Origin: Raillietiella orientalis
Lineage: Eukaryota
Reading direction: 5' to 3'
Assembly (NCBI GenBank): GCA_036172245.1
Contig: JAYWIR010000002.1
Coordinates: 5,890,001-5,954,000, forward strand
Length of the DNA stretch: 64,000 bases
A model generated the notes under the pieces. It did no database searches. It was not told the origin of the DNA and was given only the letters and a program-made list of their open reading frames with translations. Position 1 is the stretch's first letter. The number at the start of each line of letters is the position of its first letter. Of this stretch, positions 24,101-36,200 are shown one piece after another. The position numbers and the translations under genes were made by a program.

Positions 24101-27100
24101 CTCCTCCTCAGGGCAAAGGAGCGTTTGGTTTTCTGCCTGGAAACGGATGTAGGAGGCGGTCCGTTCTCTACTTCCCAGAACAATTCCTCACGGGGTGCTC
24201 TGCAGCCCAGGCTCGCTCGTTCCGCTTTCCTTTGCTGCTGTCCATCTGTGACTCCGAGACCCTTACAAGAGCAAAATGGGCTACCCCGTGTTGCTTTGAA
24301 GGCCATGAGAATTTTCCTTGAGCTCACTGTACCGGGAGATTCGAGACCTCAAAGACTTGTGGCAAAATTGCGTTCGCACTGCGACGAGTGAGGCTGCGAT
24401 TCGCAGGAAATGCGCTCTGTGCTGGAGCCTTCCTTCGCGCTGCCAGTGAGCGAGAGAGAGGTAGACGCGTCGCAGCGTTCCTTCGGGATTCCAGTCAAAT
24501 CGTCTGCTTGAAGTTTTGGCGAAATGTTTCATTCGCGGATTCCGGAACAGGGAACAGGAATTTGAGACCTTCCTCACGACCGAAAGTTCGGCAGGGGAGC
24601 ATAGAGTCAGCAAGGAATGTGATCCCTGCCCCGAGTGCATCCCGCAACCCATTTCTCCTTCTTTTTTGTCTTGAGCACCGGTAACTGAATTAAAGTGCAA
24701 CATTGATCGAGAGTATTACAAAAAAGTAGATGCTGCTATTTTGCGGATACGCAAACCACCTGCCATTCTGATCCTTGAGGACAAAGCAAGAAGGTAAGGG
24801 CGGGAGACATGGCTATTTTCGTTTTTTTCTCAGAGTCGGCAGAATCGGGAGATGAACACCACGGTGACCTCACACGCATTGTAAGAAATAAGAAGAAAGC
24901 CATGAAGCAAGCGCAGATCACAACAGAGAGGCAGTGAGCATCCTCCAAGGAAGATCTACAGTGCGATTGAACACAGCAAAGGTTATCATGACTGTCCACA
25001 CAAGCAACGAAAGGTCACGCGGTGGCTACTATCCGACAGCTCCAGAGAACAGGTCAAGCGAAGCAGACTGGGAAACGAAGTGAGAAGAATTCAGATGCAA
25101 CTCTTCTGGAAATCATCGGTGAGTGCTTGTGGAATGACTGACCAAAGGAAGCTGCGTGATCATCAAGATTGGTTTCCGATATCAGCAGAGTTTGTCGAAC
25201 ACACGCGACTTAGGACACGCAAAGCATGTTTTTGAGATAAACGGAACTCGTAGCAGGAATGTTGGGACAGCTTGGTCTCAGCAGACGAAGCATTGAATGC
25301 ATTGAGAGGTCACCACTGTCCCCAAGGATCTCTGGTGAGGCCAAAAACGGTTGCGCAGCAATCGGCTCTCTCGGGAAAACTCAACGGAACGGTCAACGAA
25401 TCATGAGACTTACATCACACGTTTCATTTTTGCACATCAAAATGCAACATGGAATGCGCACATTTCAATGAAATGTTTGTAAAGAGTGTGCACGGACACA
25501 ATGTGTTTGCATGCACTTGGCTTCGTATGGGACGCAAAGATGGTATCGATCTCGATTCACTTTTAAGTTGGACTGCTGATTCAGCTTTAACTTGGATGCG
25601 CATTCCGTCCGTAAGCCCGAAAAGAAGGTGGGAAGGCTCAGAAAAGAAATTTGACCGACTTTTCCCTCCAGAAATGCTTTCGAAACAGAGTTTCACTTCT
25701 TGCGTGCGGGTCCTTCTGGAAGGCAAACAAGCTGAGGCGGTTTCAGGTGGTGCCGTGCATCCAAGGTAAGTCATACAAAAACAATCTGCTGCCGTGGAGG
25801 AACTCCCGTTTTGCCTTGCAGCTCGCTTCATCTGTTAGCACATGCAGCCACCTTCCTCTGCCTGCACCTCTCGTGCGATGATTCACCCGAGGCATCACGC
25901 CACTGCGAAAAAATGTTTTGCAAGGCAAACAGCAAAGTTTGCACGGCACGCACGCGGCCGCGGCTCTTCCCCACTGCAAAACAGGCAAACATTAATGTTT
26001 CGAAGTGATGGTTTTCCACGGAGACCACCGAGGAACAAAGGAGGTGCAAAACAGCAACCCCCTGACGAGATGTGTTTTTCGTTCACGCAGCCTCTTCAGT
26101 GACGGGGGGCGTGCACCTTCGGGCGGCACTGCCAACCCACAGAAACTCGTCCACCGTGTTCCGGAGGCTCCAGTCATTGCCGAGGATACAAGATGGCCAC
26201 GTTGAGGAAGGTGGCCACGCAGGCAAACAAGCCATCTTCCTCGATGAAGGCGTCTTGTAGCAGAAAAAGTGGCCCCATTTCGATCGCTCCAGCCGTTCCA
26301 CGGTCCCTGCTTCGTGCCGCAGTTTCCGCTACAACCGTCTTCCTGGCACTTCCTGATAACGTGCAGCTCTTCCGTTCCAGTGATCAAATGCAGACTCAAA
26401 GGGTTCGAAGTTCCAAAGATTCCAATTGAGCGAAAAATCTTTGAAGAGACTTTTCCTCTTCTTTTTTTCCTTAGAACGAATGAAGTTGTTGTGACTTAAG
26501 AAATGCTTCAAATTTCAGCAGTTATCTCTTTGAAGTATTCTAGAATGGTCGATGGAAAAAGGAACATTGATTCTCTAGGAAATGGAGCTCAGAAAGATCT
26601 CGAGCTAGAATTTCGAATGGGCTACCCTTCTTTTGCCTCTCGCTCCCTAACATCTTTCACCTCCTAGAGTGTCTCACCCTTTTCACGACTGCCAAACTTC
26701 TGTCATTAGATCATCTTCCATCCCCCGTATACAATGCTCGCGTCCCGATTATACAAAAAACTCAATCAAGTTTGAGTGCGCATACTGAAGAGTGAACAAC
26801 CTTCGAGGAACTGCCTCAGCACGCGGAACCGGGAAATTCGTTGTGAGCTCCGGACACGATGAGGTCTTTGCGGTCGCCACATTGGTCAAAATGGTTCCGT
26901 GTCGATTTCCGTGTGTCTTTTTGCAGCGCTGGGGCGCATTTCCGCTTTGAGGAAAAGCAACGAAGGCCCTGGAAGTGCAGGTAGCCAAGTCCAAACGTTA
27001 GTGGGATGCCGCCTGAAAGAAGACCTTGTCTTTCTTTGTGAGGAACGAGCCTGCGGTGAGCGAGGGTCCACGCAGCCCTCGAACCCTGCTTCTGATCTTC

Positions 27101-30060
27101 CTCACCAGCCATCCTCGCTCAACAGACTTGCATTTCACTTACAGATGTTTCGTTGGCTGTTTCTCCACAGGAAGCCGCGGTCCGCGCCCAAGTTGCTCAA
27201 TAGATTTTCGATCACTGAATGACTTTTGCGTAAACAGAAGAGACGCGTAAGTCTCCCTTCGGATGACAGACGCTTCTTTCCTTGAAACTGAGCATGGAAT
27301 GCAGCTTCCAAAAACACCGAGTACCACTTGATTAGAAAGTGTAGATGAATTGGAGTTGGAATTTGGTATGAGGCAATCTAAGAACAAGAGTCCTACAAGA
27401 GGAGGTGACTTGATTTATATGCAGTGGATGATCTGTTAACAAGGAGAAAGAAAATATGAGCTCCTTAATGGGAAACGCCGTCCACTGTAGTGATTAATAG
27501 ATCCAACTTTTAATCATCAAGCACTAATCCAGCTCCATAACGAGGATATGCACAGACTACATTTGCTGCGATTTCGCAGAAAACTGTGAACAGTGATGGA
27601 TCCTTGCATTTCTTGCCAGAGTAAATCAATCCATCATCCTTTTATAAAGTGCTTACCCAATTCGGCATGCAAAAGACAGAATCTAGCTTGAACACAGTTC
27701 GTAGTGTATGGAAGAGTCCGAACAAATAACACACTTATTCTTTTCGCATCACGGTTTGCCATCTCAGCAGTTTCCCGGAAATCTTCAAATGCTCGGAGAG
27801 AATGGGTACAGGTGTTGAGAATGGAATCGAAACTGGAAGAGTGCTTTTGCGCGAGCACAGAAAAATAATTCGGGACACTTTATGCTGGAGGAACAGATTT
27901 GAAAAACGTGCACTTGCATCCCCTCGGATTCGTATGACAAGCGTCCAATAAATTGGAGCAATTCCTTTGTCAGGAAAAGAAGTGGTTCCAAAGGGAAGCG
28001 CGGTCTCGCACGATCGTGTAAACGGGACCCTGGCCGAAAAGGAGAAGCCAGGGGAAGCGACGATGGGGCTTCCAGGGAATTTCCAGAATTGGCTGCTTGG
28101 TGCAGAGAAGGAACGCCTATGTGGCTCTTCATTTCTGCTAAGCACACAGCGGTAAGGATTTTGCATTCAGCGCCTCCGGAGATAGGCGAATTTAGAACTG
28201 GTTTCAAAGAAATTGAAAGTTCTCCAGTTAAGGTGAAGGCAGCTAAATCACTGCAGCTTTGCAACTGAAACTTGAGCAATTTTCCTAAAGTGTCACGTGC
28301 TTTTCACAACGCAATTTTGCGAGGAAAAAAAAAAAAAAGCTTGCAAAGATTGCAAGCAGAAGAGCGACACCGCTTTGACTTGAAACTCAGTGTTTTGTAC
28401 AGAGGCTAACGTACCGCATTAAAAGTTTCGCATAGAAAATCGCTAAAGGACACACAATGTTCACTGCCTGATCGGTCAGAGACGATGTCAGCGTAGAATT
28501 TTATTGCAACAAGGTCTCCATCAGGAGGAAATTCCATTTTGGCCATCATACCCTCTGGTATTTCAAGTGGAATAAATCACAAGGCCTTTAAATTTGTGTA
28601 GATCAATAAAATGAACACGACTCGAATATAACTTATCAATCAATGGGATAGTTCTTTTTGGAACCCTATCCAGGAAGAAAAAAGCAAGGGAAATCAATTC
28701 TGCATGCAATCTATCCTTGGACGATCCACGTGGGGCCTTGGACAACACAATGAGGTGATGTCCTCTTCTTAATTTGGGTGTGGATTGATTTTCTGGTACA
28801 GAAAAAGTGCGAGGCACTCACAAGTGCTTATTGATACCGCAAAAGAATTACTAGAGAGGGGGTACAGGAAGTTGGTCTCGATAAAAAAAAAAGTTCGCAC
28901 CACTGACTTTCTAAAAATGAGCAGAAGAAGCAATCAGTTATGTGGACAGTGCGGTTCAAAGGTCAAATCAGTAGGGTGAATTGCCACTGCAGCTGCCTAA
29001 AGATCAATGACGGGAAGAACACACAGGTGCTCGACGATGATGACGTCCAGATGTGGTCTCCAGGATTACGAGATCCCAGAGAAGGAAAAATGGAAAATCA
29101 CTCCAATCCGTCGAGCGAGACGGAGCCATGAATAAGTCCTTCTGCCAGTCAGGTTTGCAGCCTGAACTAAAAGTCCTCATTAGAGAAAAGTTTCTTCCGA
29201 CGTCTGCAGTTTCCCTAGAAGTAACCACGTTAGTGAAACATCAGCCTTTTCCCAAAGGTGGAACGCCTTTCGGTGTGTGTTGGGAATATGCTGTTTCTTT
29301 CTACTTTTTAAATCATCGTCCACAAGAAGCGACTCACCCGTAAAAGAAAGGAAAAGCCCCATTTAAACGAGGAGAACCACACACTCAAAAACTAATCTTC
29401 GAATGGCACAGAATTTCCAAAAGAAAATCACGCCAGGATGCATCTGAAGATGTATTAATGTCAGTAGTAGCCAAATGTTTTAAAGCTTGAAACATTTCGA
29501 AAACTGTAAAGGCCAAAGTCTAATGAAAGTAGCTCGTCTCAGTAGTTCAGTATCTCCAGTTGTCCCGAAATCAATGGTACGACCATCAGCATCGTCCCAA
29601 CGGCACTTGAAGTGTACAGGAAAGATCCATCACTTGGCCAGCAATCAAACAGAACAGAACGTGGTATGGAAAGGCCACCATCAGAAGATCTGAAGGCAAA
29701 AGGAATGCTGGATTTCGTTCAGCTTGCCATCTTTGAAGTCTTCTATCTTTGCTGTGTTCGCCGGAAGTTTCTACTCGCAGATAGTTTCGCTTCGTCGAGC
29801 TCAGTTTTCGCAATTCCGTGCACTCTTGGAAGTTTCTGAAGCTCTCGCTTTGTGACCGAAAAAGACGGAATTCGTGTACGGGCTCGAATCACCAGTGGAA
29901 ATCGAAGTCTGCCTTCAGTAAGCAAGAATATACAAGGAAAACCAAGAATAAGAGCTCTCCTGTTTCATAGTGTTAAGACTACAAATTTAATGAAGCATCT
30001 GAAAATCTTGTTCAATCAGAGTAGTAAAAAACCTTCGGTCTCTTACCAGCTGCCCGCTTT

Positions 30061-30214
30061 TCACGCTAGGTTGCTGGGGCGCTCGTGGAGACTGATGTTA
30101 TCTTCGTTCTGAATTTTCGTCGACGTGTATTTGAAGCAGTAATCGTTTCCATCGCTTGATTTCTTCTTGTACCCAAAGCAGTACCAAAACACACTTTGGA
30201 AACCTTGCCGAAAT
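30061..30214 (-). CDS. TkR99D: Tachykinin receptor exon 5 (helix 8 and C-terminal tail)
   Basis: Acceptor ccccctttcgttttgcag (AG 30216-30215). It completes the phase-2 codon AG|A and reads RFRQGFQSVFWYCFGYKKKSSDGNDYCFKYTSTKIQNEDNISLHERPSNLA*, TGA at 30063-30061. This exon is not in the ORF track. Confidence 0.88.
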
Positions 30215-33200
30215 CTGCAAAACGAAAGGGGGCATTGGAAGAAGAATCCCTTCCTTTATGCGAATCTTAAAACTGGGAGGTCGGTTCGTCAGCAGCGTTT
30301 GCAAATCCCTGACGAATGGGAGCAGCGAATCCGCTGCCAAACGTCAAGTGCTAATCGACGACGTGACCGGAGGAAATTATCCGTGCACCATTTCTCCGCT
30401 GACGAACAAAAACAGTCATTTCTGCGAGTTCACAGGTAACCGCATTAAAAAGAGGATTGATCCTATGCGTGACGACTGATCGACGGTGTCAGAAGACGAA
30501 CACGTCGATCAGCCAGTTCAGCCGTCACAGAGTTTTTCATTCCTTCTTCCGTATCTCAGATGAGGTAGGAAAAGGCGCATCCACACACACACACACAAGA
30601 AAGGCAACCATTGAGGAAGATGAACAGTCAGCTCAGTTAAGCAGACCTCAGCATCGCATTCATGAAAATAAGGCAGCCTCATTTCTGCGTTTTCATTTAG
30701 GCACGAACAGCTTTCTGACTCAATCATACAGAAAAAAAAATTCCTTCGGATCAACAGCCGTTCCTTAGTAACATATGGTTACTCTTGACAAGTAGGAAGA
30801 GAAGCTCGAGTTGATGTGCAAATAGAACCGATGAGTAATAACGGTGTGTCTTGTTTACAGCTACGCGTATTGCAATTTAAGAGCAAGAACAATTTATGTA
30901 CCAGTCCTGGTCCGGGAAGAGCAATACCAGAACAGCACTCCCCCTTCCCCCCGACAAGTCAGTCGGTGTTCGGCAGCCTGCGAACGTCGAATCTCCCATC
31001 CGTGAGGATGCTGTATTTACGGAAAATTCAATTTGCGAGCCTCCTCCTGGGAAGGAAGACGCCATCGGATCCACGAACTGAAACCCAACTCGTGGGGTTG
31101 AGCGGGTGCTCGGCGCAAGTGACTCTTCGTGGGGAGGCTGGATACCGAGGCAGATTTGAGCTGATCCGAGCGTCTGGAGAATTTCATTTTCCTCTCACCA
31201 TCATTATCCCGCATCGTCGGTCTCCACGAATTCTGCTTAATTTTCATCATTCCCAATTTCACACTTGTCCATCAATAGCCGTTGGGGTGCGTTCTTTTTT
31301 AGGTTTTTCTTTCTTTTCTTTTCTTTTTTATAATTCTGATGGCTCGTTCAGGGAAAACGCTCATTCTGCGAATCCACCTGGCCTAACCTGACCATCTCAT
31401 AACGGCTCGGTGTAACCTCCCGACCAGTTTCGACTCGCTCTTCCCATGTTCGAAGTTCCACGTACTCCAAGAATTCTGGTCCTCCTCTTGAGAGACACCA
31501 CGTGCCTTGCATCGTCTGACGTAGCTATCTGGGGATCTCTTAGACTCTGCATTTGGTTTCAGACGAGCGGAATTTCGCTCGCTGTCGAAAAAGGTTGGTC
31601 AAGGCGCCTTCACTACCGCCGCAGCAGGCTCGTGTTTCGAGTGTGCAACAGAAATAGTAGGGCTTCTCTACTCTTGATTCCGCTTCAGTAGGGTCTTTCC
31701 TACGATTTCCATCAGGAAAGCGTGCTCCAACTCTTCCCACTTTCGCCGACGGACTCTAAAACGTTGGAAGCGCGTTCACTTTCTGCCATCTTGTATCATC
31801 AGGCATGCAGCTGCTCATCCAGGGTCATGTCCCGAGACCTACAGCCGCCGTGCAACTGGCGCCGAGCAGCCTCCATGCTCTCGCCACAATATTTTCAGCT
31901 AAGACGGAGGGAGGAAAGTTATCCAGAAAGCAGATCAGGGATGTCGAGTTGTCTCTTTATGCACAAATGTGCAAAAGGAAGAAGCACTTCTGGTCTAATC
32001 GATATCAGCTGTTTACAATATTGGAAAGCAGTCGAGAACAGGCTGCTCCTGCCTTTCCCTTTTCTTCCCTATCGCAATTACTAAACTTCAGTTCATATCA
32101 TCGTTTGGGTATAATTATGAACACTTCGCCCTTTTCAGGTAATGTTTCCAAGCAGCTTTCGGCCCACGGCTTTGTATTCCTCCGCGAATGGTATATTGTG
32201 CACCACGTCAGCCTGAAAAGCACAGATGCACGCGCGTATCCGCATCTGTCTGCCACTGCGTGCTACGTGCACCCACTTGCAAGTGGCGTACGTGTGCCTC
32301 CTGGTAATTGAAATCAGAGCAGCGGCTGGCATCCGAGGGAGACACATCTCGTTCCCTCCCTTCTCCCGAAAGGACTTGGACATCTCCTCCTGTGTTCCTG
32401 CACAGCTATCTCTGTGTCCGTTTCCTATCGGGAAGAAGGAACTTTAGGTGCTTTCGAGCGGATTTCCAAGCAGGAACGCATTCTCACATGCAACTTCGCC
32501 GAGTTACTTTCTGACTCCGTTCGCATGGTTACGGTCATCTTTGCAAACCACCGCAACACTCAAGAGAGCGCAATCGATGAGGTCTTTTCGGTTCTGAAGC
32601 ACCGTTATGTTCTATCCATCATTACAGCAGTAGAGGGGCACTAAGCCGCTCTTATACCCCCCGACTACTGAGTCCTAAGCATGCCATTGCAACTCACTTT
32701 CCCATGTAGTTTTCTCCATCTTCTGAAAATGGTGATTATTGAGAAACCTCCAGTTTCGCTGGAGTGGGCCCGTTCCTGTATCCTTTCATCTTCCATTGTT
32801 CACATACAAAAGGCCCTGTTTCACGCCCCGACGTGGGCTGGGAGGGGATCCGCCCATTCAGCTCAAGTGCATTCTTACCAGGTCTTGCACGAGTTTTCCA
32901 TGTTTCATGAAACAAATCCCTCGTGAATGGAGAAGAATTTTCGTCTTTCCTTTTTCTTAGAGAATTGTGCAGTCCAATTGGTTCCTTACTCTCGAAAGAA
33001 TAAAATAAAATTCTGTACTTCACGAATTTTTTTCCTTCATTTTTTTTGTCTTTGGAGAAGCTTGCTTCTTGTAAGTTTTGGAGGAAGGACCCAAGGAGTT
33101 CGGTTTCAGATAGACAAAATTCTCCTGTTCGGAATTAACGGACTCGCCATCATTCCAGTGCATAAATACGCCAACTCCTGCATCCACTCCAGAAAACTGA

Positions 33201-36200
33201 ATTGCAATGGCAATGAGTCTTGTCTGAAATAGATACAACTGTAAAGCTGGTTGCAATTTCCGGAACGAACCAACTCGTTGATCTGACTGTTGAACCTACA
33301 AATTGGCTGTCGACGAATTTATGTTGAATAGCCTCCTTTATTCTCTCTGTGAGGTAGAATTTCAAGAATGCATTCTCTCTGTTTCTTCCTCAGTACCTTA
33401 ATCTTTCGAACCGTTAATGGAGTTCTGACTCTCAGCAATTCTTATTTGGGCGAGACAGCAGCCAGGAAGCAGATGGTCGTGGCCTCCAAGACTTTTCCTT
33501 GAAATTGGTTGCTACAGGGTGTGCGGGAACACGTGTTGGATTCCACGAATCCTCCAGCTCTGGAGCTACCATTTTTGAAACAACCTCGTCCCGAAGGATT
33601 TCTGACTCCTTCCTGATGAACGCACACGATTCGAACGCTTGATTCGAAGTGCCTGAAGACGCACACTTCCTGCTGGTGCTCTGATGCGGTTCGAGGGCTC
33701 GGCTTCGTGGATGGCTCGGAACTTTGTTTCAGAATCCCCTGCGAAAGCAATCCGAAAACAAAAATCCGGAAAAACCTTAATTCAAGCTTTTTCCCGCTGG
33801 CTACTGAGCGCAGAAAAAGATGAAGACGCGAAAAGCCTTGCTCCGCTGGCGACGAAGGATTCCCTTCCCAAGAGAGAATCTTCCAGGCATGCAGATTACC
33901 GATTCACTGGGACCCCTAGGATACAAGCTAAAGTTGGTTGCTCTTCGATGCAGGAAATGTGATGGCGTCCGAATGTAATCTTCGGTAATGAGGAGCTGCT
34001 TATGCAACCAGCACGGCTGAAGGCCGACTCAGCGATACGGCTTTGGTTACTCCCGCTGTCGCCGGAGATTTTTTCTCAAGTTCACGAGCTGCGACGTAAC
34101 TGACCGAATCCGTGTTTTGCGTATAGTAGCTCGCACGCACATCTGCCTCCATCCTCTCAGCCATTCGAGGTCATTCGAAACTTTCGAGGCACATTCGAAC
34201 CTCAAAGTCGTGTCCTGGTAAATTCCAAGTTTGCCGGCTACTGAAACATCCTCCAGGCAGACGTGAATTCTCTGGCTACGCTGGACTTCCCGCCCGTTTT
34301 CCACGAGCCGGAGGGCTACCAGAGAGATCTGCAGCAATAGTTGGGGCCGTGTCGCCCACGCAGAACGCGCGTCCGATTACCGACCCGCGAAGCCTTCATC
34401 GAAAAGATCCGCGCTGACCCATCGTTTGATCCAACGTCCACGTTTTCTATGCACGCTGGGTACGCTCTCGAGAGGGCGTCGTCCATGTAAATCCCCACAC
34501 AACACTGCAGTGTTCTGTTGAGCGGGAAGCTCCGCACTCCATCTCCTATTCTAATAACTGCTTATTACTGTCGAGGGGAGACTTTCTGAGGAGTTTCCAT
34601 GGCTCCGTGGGGAAAGTTTCCTCCCGATGGATGCGCTGGGCATTTCTTTTGGTTCGGTTTCCAGGCAGCGATCCGATTCCGCAGCACGAGAGTGACCTCT
34701 CCGCCTTTCGCTGTCGTGGATATGAGGTGGCTCGGAGCTCAATCTAGGAAGGTCAGACGCTGAATGAGTGCCTCGTTCGTTCTCTTCATAACGAAGATTG
34801 AAAGGGGCAGAGGCTGGAACGCTGCCGCGCGGTTCCTCATCGTGTGGGATTCTCTTACAGGCGACGCTCGATTTTCATTTCGCCGCTGGAGATTTGAGAG
34901 CAGCTCCCCTTCACTCGGATGCGAGAGGCTGTGGAAATCGAAGCAAGAAGGGATGTTTCGGGAATCTCAATGTTTCGAGAAATTTCGATCCTCCGATGAG
35001 GACAAACACTTGCCCTTTCCGGTCTCTCCCCCTCTCCGCTCCCAGTGGTGTTTCAGTGTAACCTTTTCCGTGATCCTCAGAGGAGTGCTTCTTCTCCTTC
35101 CCTACTTGTTTCTTCTTGCGTTCCGCGTCGACTTTCCTTTCGGAGGCAATCCAAACCTGGGGCTCCGCTCCGATTGGGTCTCTTTGCTGCCATTCATGAT
35201 GAAAGTGAGAGCAAAAATTGTCTTATCTCATTACTTCCTCGATCGCATCCCTCATCTAGCTCTCAAATCTTCATGCGCGATTACCAGAAGCCTCATTTTT
35301 TGGAGGGCACTCCCAGCCATCGCATATCGCGCAGCGTAGGCAACACAGTAGCTGTCTTATTTACGAAAAAGAGTCCCTGAAACCATTCCAAATTCTTATC
35401 ACATGCACTCCGAACGCGATTGCAGATGTCATTAGGGTAACTAGTATTCTCCCCGTGTCAGCCTCAGTCATTTTGCTTCGTCCCTGGTATCTTGTTTTGC
35501 ACGGTCTGTTTGATCATGAAGATGTTGAGGAATCTCAGTCACCTTCGGTGCTGAGCCAGGGGGAAATCACTCCCGCTTCATGTTGATCTTCCTAGAACGG
35601 GATCACTCGAGCAAAATGCACGCGCCGGCTCAGTCAAACCGGCGACTTCCCAGCAGACTGATACATGTGTTGCATCCGCATCCCGTCGTCTGCGCCTTTC
35701 GTTTTCGGAAGGACGCTTGAGATGCCTCGGAAGCTTTGGTTCGCCTAGCTCGGAAGCGAAAAGAAGCTCTGGGCAGTTCGCTTGTCTCAGAAGACTGAAC
35801 CAATCGTTTTTTCATTTGGTATTCTGTGCTGAAGTGCACGCGCGGACCCTGTGGATCTCCTTCCGCGCGGAAAATTTTGCCGGCCTGCCCCTTCGGGCTT
35901 CTTCTTGAGCTGCTACAAGAGTAATAGAACTGCTTTCTGCAGACGTGGTCCTCTCGGTTTCCATTCAGTTCTTGCAGGGGATGATGATGGTGCGTGCTAG
36001 AGAATCCTGCTTCCTCTTGCTCCGAGGATCAAGAATTTTTGGAACCAACGAAAGAAAGTCCGAGCAACACTTTCAACTCTGCAGTGTTCCACAACTTGCT
36101 GAGTAATCGCTGGTGGCTCTCTTGTGCTGATGAAGACAGCTCGAAAGAATTCATCAAAACATTGGTGATACGAAAGCAGCTTGGAGATTAAGACAAACTT

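Noticed and set aside
29467..29477. gtagccaaatg, resembling the 28S rDNA R2 insertion site
   Set aside because: An 11-nt match with no flanking rDNA similarity.
30098..30340. Gypsy RT-like words (MPPF, HVDE) in a minus-strand ORF
   Set aside because: The ORF overlaps receptor exon 5, which explains the sequence far better in another frame. It shows how short degenerate motif matches can mislead.
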